Part shown: positions 37,533-50,100 of the stretch, piece by piece | How positions within the stretch are numbered: position 1 is the first letter of the stretch | Layout: every line of letters starts with the position of its first letter | DNA from: Callorhinchus milii | Lineage: Eukaryota | Length of the DNA: 64,000 nt | Reading direction: 5' to 3' | Assembly (NCBI RefSeq): GCF_018977255.1 | Contig: NW_024704742.1 | Coordinates: 84,012,001 to 84,076,000 of the forward strand | The notes under the pieces: generated by a model | What the model saw: the letters and a program-made list of their open reading frames with translations, nothing else | Told to the model about the DNA's origin: nothing | Database searches by the model: none | Position numbers and translations under genes: made by a program

Positions 37533-38549
37533 GATATAAGTATAAATTGTTGTTGTTGAAAGAGGATGACCTAAATTACAGGGCCACCCTCATATTAAAC
37601 TTGTCTTTCTCTTTCAAAAGCTGATCGACATGCTGTGCATTTCCATCAGTTTCTTGAATGCAATAACAAATTACCTTTATACAGCATCTATCACATCAGG
37701 AGGACATCTCAAGTCACTTCACACAGCTGAGTGGGAGCCCGAGGCTTTGGGGGGGTGGGGTTGGTGGGGGGGCAGGTGAAGAAGAGGAAATGGAAGGTGA
37801 CCAAAATATCTACCATCTGAAGATATACTTTATTTTCTATGATGTACTGCTGGAGGGGGGTGCGGGAGAGCGAGGAAAGGAAGAAACTGCAAACTGTTCG
37901 AAATCTATTTTCCTTTACTTATTCATCAGGAAACGAATACAAACTGTCCATTTGTCCTGGCACTCTGACCTACTCATACACCACTCCACGTTTGGTTAGC
38001 CATCTCAGGCCTTCTGTAGAGCCCTCAACCTCTCCGCTCCACCATCGGCAGATGTGCTTTCAGCCACTACACCCTGAACCTCTGGAACTTTCTGTCGCAA
38101 TCCCTCCACCTTGCCCCCTCTTTGCCCATCTTCGGATTGCACCTAAAGACTTTCCTGTTTGATGTGCTTACAGTCACCTGGCCTTTCTCCCCAGTCTGAA
38201 TTCAAACAATGCCGTTGTTCAGCGCTCCGAGACGCTAGCCTGTATAAAGGACGCAATACGAAATGCAAGTTATTTGCTTTTGAGTGGTGAACTGAATGGT
38301 GGAACTTGCAGGGGTAGAATCGAAATAACACGCGTTTCGCTTAGCTTTGTTAGTCGAACAGTTACAATTCCATCTGGTAGTCATATGTGTCGAGGTGGAA
38401 TGCTTGTTGTACAACCCCAGAATTACCCACATCTACTTCTTCTCAAGCAGTTTTCATGAATACATTTTGTTTAATTCTTTAGAAAAAAAATTCCCCGATG
38501 ACTTTTGCTGTTGTCGTTGTTACAAAGTGACAAACAAGTTAACAATTCA

Positions 38550-39640
38550 CCTGGCTTTATTCCCTCCAGGCGCATTTAGCCTGAGAATTGTAAAACTACA
38601 TGTATAAAAACACATGTCACCCCGCCCGCACACACACACGCACACACATTCTCCCTCTCCCCCCCCCTCTCCCCTCCTCTTCACTCCCCCTCTCACCCCC
38701 ATCTCTCCCCTCTCACCCCCTCCACCCCCCTCTCCCCCTCCCCCTCTCACCCCTCCCCCTCTCCTCTCCCCCCTCACCCCCTCTCACCCCCTCTCCCCCT
38801 CTCACCCCCTCTCACCCCCATCTCCCCCTCTCCCCCTCTCACCCCCCTCTCACCCCCCCCCCTCTCCCCCCCCTCTCCCCCTCTCACCCCATCTCTCCCT
38901 CTCACCCCCTCTCCCCCTCTCCCTCCCCCCTCTCACCCCCATCTCCCCCTCACCCCCATCTCTCCCTCTCACCCCCATCTCCCCCTCTCACCCCCATCTC
39001 TCCCTCTCCCCCCCCTCCCCCTCTCACCCCCTCTCCCCCTCTCCCCTCTCACCCCATCTCCCCCTCTCACCCCATCTCTCCCTCTCACCCCTCTCCCCCT
39101 CTCACCCCCATCTTCTCCCTCTCACCCCATCTCTCCCTCTCACCCCCATCTCTCCCTCTCACCCCCATCTCTCCCCCTCTCCCTCTCACCCCCTCTCCCC
39201 TCTCACCCCCATCTCTCCCTCTCACCCCCTCTCCCCCTCTCACCCCCATCTCTCCCTCTCACCCCCTCTCCCCCTCTCACCCCATCTCCCCCTCTCACCC
39301 CCTCTCCCCCTCTCACCCCCTCTCACCCCATCTCTCCCTCTCACCCCCTCTCCCCCTCTCACCCCATCTCCTCCTCTCACCCCCCTCTCCCCCTCTCACC
39401 CCCCTCTCCCCCTCTCCCCCTCTCACCCCCCTCTCCCCTCTCACCCCCTCTCCCCCTCTCACCCCCCTCTCCCTGCCCCTCGCTGTGCCCTGGTCTGGCT
39501 GCCAGTGAGTTGGAAGTCAGAGCGGCTGTGGACTGGACTGGACGGGACGGCACTGGACTGGAGGGACGGCAGCAGTGTGAGCAGGTACCTGAGCGGGCAG
39601 GCACGGCACTTTGACAGCTTCTCTCAGGCACTGACACCTC
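38550..39640. promoter_or_regulatory. Candidate promoter / first-exon region
   Basis: Locally raised CpG content; TATAAAA at 38603; GC box ccccgccc at 38620; GC-rich unique segment 39481-39640 with possible donor CAG|GTACCT at 39584/5. Confidence 0.4.
38650..39478. repeat. About 830-bp C/T-rich minisatellite (CCCCTCTCA-type units)
   Basis: Almost G-free run of cccctctcac / cccatctc variants. Confidence 0.97.
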
Positions 39641-40035
39641 GGCTGGGCAGGGCAGGGCAGGGCAGGGCTGGGCAGGGCAGGGCTGGGCAGGGCTGGGCAG
39701 GGCTGGGCAAGGCTGGGCAAGGCTGGGCTGGGCAGGGCAGGGCTGGGCTGGGCAGGGCAGGGCAGGGCTGGGCAAGGCTGGGCTGGGCAGGGCTGGGCTG
39801 GGCAGGGCAGGGCTGGGCTGGGCAAGGCTGGGCAGGGCAGGGCTGGGCAGGGCAGGGCTGGGCAGGGCAGGGCTGGGCAGGGCAGGGCAAGGCTGGGCAG
39901 GGCAGGGCAAGGCTGGGCAGGGCAGGGCTGGGCTGGGCAGGGCAAGGCTGGGCTGGGCAGGGCAGGGCAGGGCAGGGCTGGGCTGGGCAGGGCAGGCTGG
40001 GCTGGGCAGGGCAGGGTGGGTGGGGTGGGGTGGGG
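39641..40035. repeat. Pentamer array (GGGCA/GGGCT)n
   Basis: Direct reading; explains the PCPAQ and GQGWA low-complexity ORFs. Confidence 0.97.
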
Positions 40036-40272
40036 GTCGCTCACCCTCTCATGTCATTCTGCCTTTAAAGAGCCCTCCGGCTCACAGATTGACTTCGGGA
40101 GCAGTGACTCCTCTTTTCCGTGTGGCTCAGCTCTGTGTCTGATTTTGCTCAGTATGTCTTGCAACTTATTTCGTGTATGTTATCACTTTTAGATACGGTA
40201 TATTCCAAAAAAAATGCAGCTCAAGGAAGTGTTGGTCGAGCTGTGACCTGGTTTGATCGATTTCACTGCTGT

Positions 40273-40566
40273 GTTAAGAGTTTCAAGTTAAGAGTTAAGT
40301 TAAGAGTTAAGAGTGAAGGTAAGAGTTAAGACTTAAGTTAAAAGTTAAGAGTTAAGAGTTGAGTTCAGAGTTAAAAGTTAAGACTTAAGTTAAAAGTTAA
40401 GAGTTAAGAGTTGAGTTCAGAGTTAAGAGTTAAGAGTTAAGACTTAAGTTAAAAGTTAAGAGTTAAGAGTTGAGTTAAGAGTTAAGAGTTAAGTTAAGAG
40501 TTAAGACTTAAGTTAAAAGTTAAGAGTTAAGAGTTAAGAGTTGAGTTAAGCTAAAAGTTAAGAGTT
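40273..40566. repeat. Heptamer satellite (GTTAAGA)n with higher-order repeats
   Basis: gttaaga units with the recurring block gacttaagttaaaagttaagagttaagagtt. Confidence 0.95.
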
Positions 40567-40994
40567 CCGAGGAACTTTGAGGTGTTTTTTTTGGGGGTGG
40601 GAGATATTCCTGGTGCTTGAGTGTGGGAGAAAGCTTTGCTCCCCCCGGGTTTGTGTGTGTGTGTGTGTGTGTAAAACTCCCTGTCTCTGTAAACCTGGAA
40701 TAGTTTCAACTGTGATGGAAGTGAGGGTCTGTCTGACTGACACAGAGAGTATGGCCACTGGGGGTTAAGTGTGAAAAGTCTGTGCTTGCGGCTGGAGTTG
40801 GGATGAGTGGGGATGGTCCATGGCTGTTAGAGAGAGACACACACAGAGAGAGAGAGAGGGGGGGGACCAGTGGGCAGCACTGCCTCCCAGTCTCTCCACA
40901 GCCTCTCTTCCTCACAGCCATGGTGGGGGCTCTCGCTGTTGCCTTCGACAGAGAAGCCGCAGACTTTTGGACTAAACCTATAATGGCAAGAGAT

Positions 40995-41148
40995 GGAGGG
41001 CTGGGGTGGGTTGGGGTGGGCTGGGGAGGGGTGGGGAGGGTTGGGTTGGGCTGGGGTGGGGTGGGGTGGGCTGGGGAGGGGTGGGTTGGGCTGGGGTGGG
41101 GTGGGGAGGGTTGGGGAGGGTTGGGGTGGGGTGGGGTGGGGGAGTGGG
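40995..41148. repeat. (GGGGT/GGGTT/GGGCT)n G-rich tract
   Basis: Direct reading. Confidence 0.95.
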
Positions 41149-43195
41149 AGACAGTCAGCCACAGTTTGTACGTATGCTTGTGAGAGACTGGTACTGGAGC
41201 CACAACGCATTCCCTCTCTTGGGATGTGCATTTCAGACCAACATACGTTTCAAATTTATTTAACAAACCCTGTTTTTTTTTTCTCTCTCTCTTTCTTTCT
41301 GTCTTTCTCTCTCTCTCTCTTGCTCCAGAAGCCATACTAAGCTTCGAAATACTTCCCTCACCTGTGAAGGAAGCCATGGCGTTACAAAGAGAAGACAGAC
41401 AGACAGACAGACAGACGTCTGTCTGGTCATTTGAGTGTCTCTTCTCAGATTTGGGTCTGTGACTGGTCGGGTGTTTCCCAGGTTTACATTTTGGGGGGAA
41501 AAACCTGGATCGCTTTCAGTTCAGTTTGGGAGATGACTTCCACACAAAAAAAAACCACAGGGCACTTACACCAGGCACTGCCTGGAGGGAATCGTCACGA
41601 TTCCAGCAGCAACTATCCAGTTGATCTGAACGCCCTCCACCTCTCCTGATCCCAACTCCCTGCTTGTGTCCAAATCCCTGCATGTCCAACTCCTTGGGAC
41701 ATCCCTCCCAACGTGAAAGGCGCTCTGCAAATGTAACACGTTGCTGTTGATCTGTTGGCTTGGGCTGTAATACGTGGTTATGGAGTTTATGGAGCCAATG
41801 ACTCAATCCTTGGAGTGTGTGTGGAGCTTCATTCAGTTGCACTGCTGCAGCCCAGGAGCGAATACTGCTCCTTCTCTGTGTTCCGCCACCCCAGGGACTA
41901 AACACTTTGATTCCCCAAGTGGTTGATATTTTCTTAATAAATATGTAACCGTTTTAGAAAGATGCCAAAAAGCGGCATCTCGCTCCACGGGTGAGCTTGA
42001 TGGTTGGCCGCAGCATGGATTGCATTATGCTTCCCAAAGACTTCTTTTTTTTTGGAAAAAAAGTACTGAATGGAAGTAATTGCACTCAGCTTAATTTAAT
42101 TCTTAAAGGGCTATTACCACCTAGAGGTAATGTTTGGTTCTTTGTCTTATCTACTGTAGTTTTTGATATGGTCTATACAAATGAAGTGATAATGAATTTT
42201 GACATGATGTAGGTTGGTACACTTCATGTTTATTTACAAACCAAAACTTTGCCAAATATCTTGAAATACCTTGATGATTTTGTTTCTGAGTGTACGGTTT
42301 GCTAGAAGCTTTATTGTCTTCAGGAAAAAAATTGAAAGCTCAAGGTAGTAACCGGGAGGAAAACAAATCACAGTTTGCATTATTATTTGCTTTTTTTTCA
42401 CTTTCTTACAATAGAAATTAGAAATGTAAGGCTGGCTGGCGAGCCAAGATGGCAGCTTACCATAATGATCTCATTCTGTCTTGTGTCCTGAGTGTATCCA
42501 CAGAGGGATGAAGTCATGACAAATGTTCTATAATATGAATGATAACCAGTTTTACTTGAGCTTTTTTTTTAAAAAAAATGAATTCAGCGACCACAACATT
42601 TTGAGTAGTGTTTGTTGTAATTTGAGGAGTGTATCTTTCATTCTTGGCAATGGTCATTGGGCAAACTACCAATATGAAGCACTGGTTTGTTTCATTAGAA
42701 TGCTCCAGCTAGAATTGCCCTACCTATCGGGGCTTTGGTTCAGATGAAAGGGGACATGCCTATACCTCCATGTCCCTGTGAGGCAGGTCCACAAGTATTT
42801 GGATTATTGCAGGCCTGTTTGGTTTTGGCAAGTATATTTTTTCAAAGCATTTCTCTTCTCCTCTCTACTATTACCTCTTCCCCCTCCCTCAGGGTATTTG
42901 TTTTTTAGATCTTGTTAGTTTTAAGGATCAATTGATACAGGGGCACTTGAACCTTAATTGTTTAATAAAGAAACAACAACTTGGATTTATATAGTGCCCT
43001 TCATGTGGGGTAGCATCTTGGAGTGTTTTATCCTCTCCCTTGGAAACTTATCATTGGTTGTACAAATTGGAACAATGTGTCTTACAAAAACATAGTGGTA
43101 TAAATTTGCCTTTAGACACAAACACATTAGTAATTATGTATTGTTTAACCCACCACTTCATTGCGCTTGGGCTGGCAAGAGATTGGTTTGCACTT

Positions 43196-43527
43196 ATAAT
43201 AATAATATAATAATTCTTGCATTTGATGTAGCGCTTTTCATGTCTTCTAGACGTCGCAAAGCGCTTCACAGAATATACTGTAAAGTGAATTGACTGTAGA
43301 TTTGTGGCAGCCAATTGCACACAGCAGCATCCCACAAACAGTCGTGGATTGAGTGACCAAATTCTTACTGTTTTTTTTGAAGGATTATTATCCCCCGAAA
43401 AGCGATCCGCCAATCGACTAACAACCGGGTTCCTACTTGCTGCTAGGTAAACAGATGTGTGTGGAGTAAGGAAACTTGCCCAACATTTCGCCCTACCGGG
43501 AATCAAACCCAGGTCTTTCACTTGCAA
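43196..43527 (-). mobile_element. CORE-like SINE, long variant, head slightly truncated
   Basis: (AAT)n tail; aaagcgatccgccaatcgactaacaaccgggttcctacttgctgctaggtaaacag; ggaaacttgcccaa. Confidence 0.9.
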
Positions 43528-44384
43528 GGGTTTCTGATATCATCTGGGCTGCCAGGGCAGATTGCAGAATGCAAGGCAAAATCATTTTTAAGTAATATTC
43601 TCAAATCAATGGTTTCTATTTACTGGGAATTTTATTGTTTCTATCTTTCCCAAGATCATTTGGAACAATAAAAGCCTTTAATTCCACAAAACCACTTCCC
43701 CTCAATCTGAATGTATTGTGAGGCAAACAAAAATACGGCATTTGAAATGCATTAGACATCACATATTCAGAAGGGGAGTTTTTCTTCAGTGTCCTAGCTA
43801 ATAACCCTCTAAATAAAATGAATCATTCATCTCAGGTCTATTTGTTGGACATTGCTGTGTTCAACAAACAGACGTGTGCCCGTGAGACAATGCCCCGCAT
43901 GAAGTGAGCGATTTTAATGCAAGTTGTTTTTGTTGCTATGTACAAATTAGCTGTTGTTTGCCTTCAAATCAAAAGTTACAACACTTTAGGGTAAATCCAG
44001 TGCAGTGCTTTGAGAGATGTTTCAATGGCATGATAAGATGCTGTATCAAATGCAAGGATTATTTTATTATTTGTTTAAAAATTATATAAAGTTTCCATAA
44101 AATAGACACTAGGTAGTGTAAAATGTGAAGTTAGTAATCAAATGATGCAGCATGAAATGCCTTTATTGTTATTGGTTCATGATTTATGACATTGTAACTT
44201 TGGACCTGTTGGTGAGATAAATGGTATAGTGTTTGTGGAGAGAGAATGGACAGGTTTGAATATGGAGTTTGTCTGATTTGATTTTGGGATTTGGGTAGTC
44301 TATGCAGAATTTTCCCCTATAAATGGAATAAGTCGAAGTCCTTATTATTGTTATTCACTTATTGTTTATTTATTATTATTTATT

Positions 44385-44800
44385 AATAAAAATAATAATC
44401 CTTGCATTTGATATAGTGAATTAAGACATGAAAGGCGCTTTACAAATGTAATTTTGTATTGTATTAGTCCTTCATTGAAACATGTCAAATCGGGAATTAT
44501 AGACTGTGTATTGTAGGCTGACTGGCAATCAATTTGCACACAGCGATGTTCCACAAACAACCATGAAGTGAAGAACCAATTTTATCTGTGGATTGTTGTC
44601 CATGGGGAGAAACCTCCTTCTCCTTTTGAACAGTGCCATGAGATCTTTAACTTCCATCTGAACAGGCAGACAGTATTTTGGTTTATCTGAAATACGTCAT
44701 CTTTAGCAGTGCAGTGCTCTCCCAGCACATCGCAGACAATGAGCTCAAAGTCCTCAACTTTGTCATTGTACCTTTGACTCAGAGGTGAGAGTTCTACTGA
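44385..44800 (-). mobile_element. Deu-domain SINE, degenerate
   Basis: ggagaaacctccttctccttttgaacagtgccatgagatctttaac..ctgaacaggcagac; gactcagaggtgagagttctac head. Confidence 0.65.
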
Positions 44801-44947
44801 TTCAGTAATGCCTATGGTTTATTATTGGTTGAGGAGGGAGTGGCCTTGTGACGTAAAAGACTTGTGTTCTAGTTTGCCTTATCAGCTGTAACAACTGTTG
44901 TTTGATACCTGTTGTTTGTGTTATTGCTTCTTGTTTGTGTATCTCAG

Positions 44948-45114
44948 TTGAGCGTGACTGCTCATGATCAAGCCTGAATATGTGATTGAGTCATCTCGAA
45001 AACTGCACTTTTGATTGCTTGATGATGTATCCAGGCTGGTTGAACTCTGGGGAGAATAAATGATCTAGTAGAATTAAAATTGGACCACAAGGGCGGTTCT
45101 TAGTACTCTTGACC
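44948..45114 (+). other. Candidate non-coding (5' UTR or lncRNA) exon
   Basis: Acceptor ttgcttcttgtttgtgtatctcAG and donor acc|GTAAGC in unique sequence; no through-reading frame seen. Confidence 0.25.
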
Positions 45115-46511
45115 GTAAGCTGCGGGAACCAGAATTTATAGATTTTTTTTACAAAATTTCCATGATATAATTTCCAAATTGTTATAGGAAAGTTTATTTT
45201 GTATTGGGGTATGAGCTTGTAACTCTCTAGTGCCAGTGACCTTGGCATCCAATGTATGAATGTGGCCTGTAGCTTGTGTTTGGTGGATTCAGTTCTGATG
45301 TCAATGGATAATGGCTGTAATTCAGAAGGGTGGGGGAAATGATAGCCAATTGAAAATTAACACCAAAAGTTTTTATTTTCTTCCTGACTGAATCATTTTA
45401 ATTCTGGCTTTTGGTATCTGGCAGTTGTAATTTTGCTCTAAAAGTGGTACTTTATAACAAGGTTCTAGGAAATGGGTTAAATTTTGTATTAACTAAAATT
45501 ACAGGATTGTCCTGAAATACCATCATGGTGTTGATGATTCTTATGATAGTGATGATATGTTGACAACAATAACTTTTATTTATAAAGCATCCCTCATGCG
45601 TAGAGTCTCGGAACACTGAACTATGATAGTTTGACACCGAGCCAAGGAGAAAAGGGGAGGTGACCATAAGCATGGTCGAAGAGGAAAGTTTTCAGGTATG
45701 ATCTGAATATGGGAAAAGAAGGGGCAAAACAACAGATTCAGTTTCAAAGTAACTTGTAAAATAAAGAATGGATGTTTTAATTTCTTCCCCATTTAACAGT
45801 TAAAATTGTATAATTTTGTATTTGTTGTAACTCAAGTGTTCAGGATTGTTTTCACTTAACATGGTGTTGTCCAAAATTAAACTTAAACTTGACATAGGCT
45901 TGCCTTTAAGGATAAGTGTACCTGTTTTTGAGATTGTGGTGAAAACCAATTCAAACAATTTCTGTCTCTGGTTGTGAAGATGAGACACTAGGTTTTATAT
46001 TTCTGCCTTGTGCTACAAATCTAAATGCAAGTCATATTATATTGTGCAATTCAAATAGGAACAGAAATAACCTGTTTAAATACAGATCTGTTTTTTTCAG
46101 TGTAACGGCAAAATAACTGTGCAGCCATTTTCTTACATGTATGCAGCGAAGATAATACAAAAATAACTTGCTAATATTAGCACATGTTGCACTTTAATGG
46201 GTTGGGGGAAAGCATCTGTGATTAATGCAATTAACTGAGTAAAAAATGCATGTGTACGTGTAAACAGGCTGCGATCTTCCCTTCCCTCTTGTCAATACTC
46301 GATAAGATTCACAAGTAAATAATGGCCACTTGGATAAGGTACAGAGGCTGCATTGATGCTTTGATAGACGGAAAAAGGGATCAAAGGCCCAGTGAAGAGT
46401 GTGAGGAGAATTATGTACAAATACGTTTTATTTGTATTGTAAAACTATCTTGATTATCCTCTGTGTGTGTGTGTGGGGGGGGAGGGGAGTGTGGGGGTGG
46501 GGGGCAGGAGA

Positions 46512-47125
46512 GAAGTGAGCAGGGTCTCCTTGGAGTTGAACTGGCTGCAAGGTGGCGTATCTGTCAACGGAATGTCGGAATCGATTCAGCCCTCTGTGGC
46601 GGTCTCGGTAGTCTGGTTCCTGAGACAGGTGGGTCTACAGTATTCCAGGGCACTGCTAATGACAGCACAGCCAGTCTGGCTCATTGGCAGGACCTGGAAA
46701 GGCAGGCAGTCACTGGGGGCAGGGAATCATCCACTCAGCTACTGTTAACCCTGCAAACCAAAGCCCTAACTAGTAGGGTGGTCCTAGCTGGACAAGTAGC
46801 GGGAAAGCTTGCTGGACAGCGATATCAATGGCAAGCTATGCAGTTTCAGCTGGTTATACTCCAGCAGTACCAACACACACTCCGGGGTCCCCAAGCCTTG
46901 GCTCTTGCCAACCTGTGCCTAATACTTTCCGGAATTATGTAAGCAGAATGGGTTCCTGCAGAGAGAGAGTAGAGTGCACATTCCATTTCAACAATCTCTC
47001 TCTGGGATTTCCACATGTAAGTAGGATGCATGGAAGTCTCAGTTTGGGTTGGATACTCTTAGGCATGGTGATGGGTTTCCACATGTGTCAGACACCCAGC
47101 TAATCCACCCCCCTCCCCCAAAATA
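46512..47125 (+). mobile_element. Unidentified ~600-bp SINE-like element, longest uninterrupted copy
   Basis: Shares its 5' region with 34769 and (reverse) 48811, and its 3' end gtcagacacccagct..aaaa with other copies. Confidence 0.75.
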
Positions 47126-48289
47126 ATTGTATTGTAAAATATTTTGATTGCATCTGAGATAATCTCAGTAAATCAATCACACCAAAAGCCCCCTAATCAA
47201 AATCCAGCCTTGTTGAGACTCTCTAAAGTGCATACTTTTTTGCTCCTGGAAATCATGGCCATCAAATAGCTACACTTTACAGTAAAAATCCTCGGAAGTA
47301 CTTTGAGGTGTTGACAAAATAAAGTGCTAAGACAAATGTTGGGATTAATGTCTTAGTTTACAGTGAGTTAATGTAAATCGTAAATGGAATTCAGGCACAA
47401 TAAATGCAGTGTCAACCTGGAAGGATGTAACGCTAACTGTAGTTTGAAGTGTTAAATGAGATTAAAGGTGGAGATTTCACTCAATCTCTAGTGGCAGGCC
47501 GTTGTAAGCACTTTTGTTTCGTGGGAACAATGGCCTTTTGATGAACATGATCCCATTTTGCAAAACAGTGTGACAACAAATGTCAGTGTGTATAATGACC
47601 TATATAGGCCCCACTAATTATTGAGTCAACAAAGTTAATTGTATAGTTTCCCTATTTATAGTTGAAATGGTAGTCTGGTGATGTTTCCTGATACTCATTC
47701 TCTCAGCCCCCTCCCCTTAGAGGGTATTTCTCACCTTTATTAATTTTGTGCACATGTTCTCCACCCTTTGAAAATTTACTTCATGATTTTGCAGCTGTCT
47801 GACAAGAAATCAGGATCACTAGGTAAGAAGAAAAAGGAAGGGAATTTTTTTTGGTGTATTGGCCAGTAATCCCCCCAGATAAAAAAATTACTCAATGGAT
47901 GTTTGGGGGACATTGCTGTGTGCAGATTGTCTGCCTCTTTTGCCCACATAACACACAGTCACCTCACTTTACAGTAAATGCCATGAAGTGCTTAGGGACA
48001 TACCCTGATGTGAAAGGTGCTATAGCAAATGTAAAAATTGTGAACTAAGATACAGACAATAATGGGGCTGTAGGCTGACTACTAGTATTGCCAGTTAAAC
48101 ATGCATTCTGTATTTGCAACACTGAACAAAGTGCCGTGACACTGGTTTGCAAAGACATTCTTATAAACCGTCAGAAAATGTAACACGTGATATTTAATGC
48201 TGAGAATAACTGGTACAATTTTTTATTTTTTTTAATGGATAACAGTACAGACTGCATGATGGTTTGGTACACCAGTCTGAAATAGAACA

Positions 48290-48820
48290 TTTTTGGGGGG
48301 TCAACTGGGTATCTGTCTGATGTATGGTGAAACCCATTATCATCCTTCAGAGTATCCAAACCAAACTGAGTTCCATATATGCCACCTAAGTGTTTGGAAT
48401 GAAATCTGCACTTCTCTTCCTGGAGGTAAGCTTCATGCTTACCTAATTCGAGAGAGTCGAAGTGCCGGTTGGCAAGAGCCATGGCTTGGGTGCCCCAGAG
48501 TGAGTTGGAGTACTGTTCGAGTTCAACCAGCTAATACAGCATAGCTTGCTATTGAAAGCATGTCTGGCAAGCTTCTCACTAATTGTCCAGCTAGGACCAC
48601 TCTATCCGTTGGGGTTTTGGCTTGTAGAGTTAACAGGAGCTGAGTGAGAAAGAGTCCCTGCCCACAATTACCAGTCTGCTGCTCCAAGTCCAACTAATGA
48701 CCCGCCTGGCTCAGGAACTGAACTATTGAAACCGCAGCAGAGGGGTAACTCGATTCTAACTTTCTGTTGCGAAGCATGTCACCCTGAACCAGCTTAGCTC
48801 CAAGGAGGCCCTGCTTACCT
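48290..48820 (-). mobile_element. Unidentified ~600-bp SINE-like element, near full length
   Basis: Reverse of gcagggcctccttggagctaagctgg..gtggtcctagctggacaa..tcagacagatacccagttgaccccccaaaaa. Confidence 0.72.
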
Positions 48821-49859
48821 CCCCCCATCCATCCCTGGAGGATAAGGTAGAACATAACCGTAAATGTTTGCCTTTTATATAGTGCCTACAATCCTGAACC
48901 TCCCCTTAAAGTGCTTCACACATAATTGCTGTTTAAGGTATTGCCAGTATATTTATAAGCAAATGCAACAGACAATTTGCGCACAGCAATGTGTTGCAAA
49001 CAGTCAAGTGAATTAGGATTCAGAGTTTTATTCTTTCTTCTCTTGTCAGTCGACGAGGCTGATTTTGAGTGAAAACTAAGCTCTCTTCCACAGGAAATGG
49101 GGGGGGGGAGAGGGAGAGGAGAAAGTCAGGGCAATAAATACAGATGTCCTTGTGGGTGGTTGCTGAGCAGCCGGGCATGAGGACCTCTGCCTGCCCTTTA
49201 TATCGAAGAACAAGGCATAGCATGCGGTGACCCAAAGGAAGAAAGAGGCTGCAAATGTGAAGATGTTAAATATTTTCTGTCTACAATACTACTGCTTGGC
49301 CGAAAAAATTCAGAAAATTTCAACAATTGCATTGATCCCGGGCAGGGTAGATCCCGCGGGAACAGTTACTGTGAGTTTTCCGCCCTGCTCTTTCCTCGTT
49401 TCAAACCTTCAGTGTGCCACAGCCGTCTGTCCAGATGCTACTCATTTAAAAGTTTTAACAGCACTGTGTGTGCTGGGAATTTTTCTGTTCTATAAATTTG
49501 AAATAAATGGAGGTTTACACTGTGCAACAATAGTAACAATAATAATCCTTGCATTTAATATAGCACCTTATTACGTCGTCGAGACATCTCAATGTGCTTC
49601 ACAGGATTTTTACTCCAAAATGTGGTGTAGACGAACACGTGATGATGAATATTCATTTCAGTTGATGGAGGAGTAAGTGAACGGGGAAGAAACTAGTCTG
49701 TGAAGGTGACACTGAATCATGTGGATCTGTTTTATGGATCAAATAAAAGTTTTACGTTTGTACCTCAGAGGCCTGCAATGCAGATTGTTGCATTTTCTTT
49801 CCAGCGTCCCCTTATTTTACAAATCTTTTATCTAGTTAGTCTTGCAGGGCACAGAGGTC

Positions 49860-50100
49860 ACCAGGACCAGCAGTTGGGATGCTACAATTGGTGGGAAAAG
49901 GTTAGATTCCCACTCCTGATCACTATCTGGTGACTTGCTGTCAGAAAATGTTTGTGCATGTTGTTGAGTGAGGACAGGACTGAACGCGGCTGTGATACAT
50001 TTCTGTGTTTCCTCTCTCCCCCGCCCCCCCGCCCCACCCCATCATCAAATAGCTTGGCAATACTGACTGTTCAGGCTTATGTATGAAGAATGGCTACTGA
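49860..50100 (+). mobile_element. AmnSINE2-like SINE fragment
   Basis: gggatgctacaattgg..ctcctgatcactatctggtgac..gtgaggacaggactgaacgcggctgtgat..atgaagaatggc. Confidence 0.6.

Noticed and set aside
39641..40035. Resemblance of GGGCT pentamers to immunoglobulin switch regions
   Set aside because: No GAGCT/AGCT-rich units and no Ig exons or recombination signals visible in the window
38600..40068. Long ORFs (484 aa and 302 aa), Pro/Ser/Leu-rich and GQGWA-rich
   Set aside because: They are translations of stop-free simple repeats, open in several frames and on both strands
40273..40566. Possible CRISPR array or telomeric repeat
   Set aside because: No unique spacers, eukaryotic context, and the unit is not TTAGGG
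40917..41000. Acceptor followed by ccATGg (MVGALAVAFDREAADFWTKP) as a start exon
   Set aside because: The frame runs into a G-rich repeat with no convincing donor and the peptide is not recognisable
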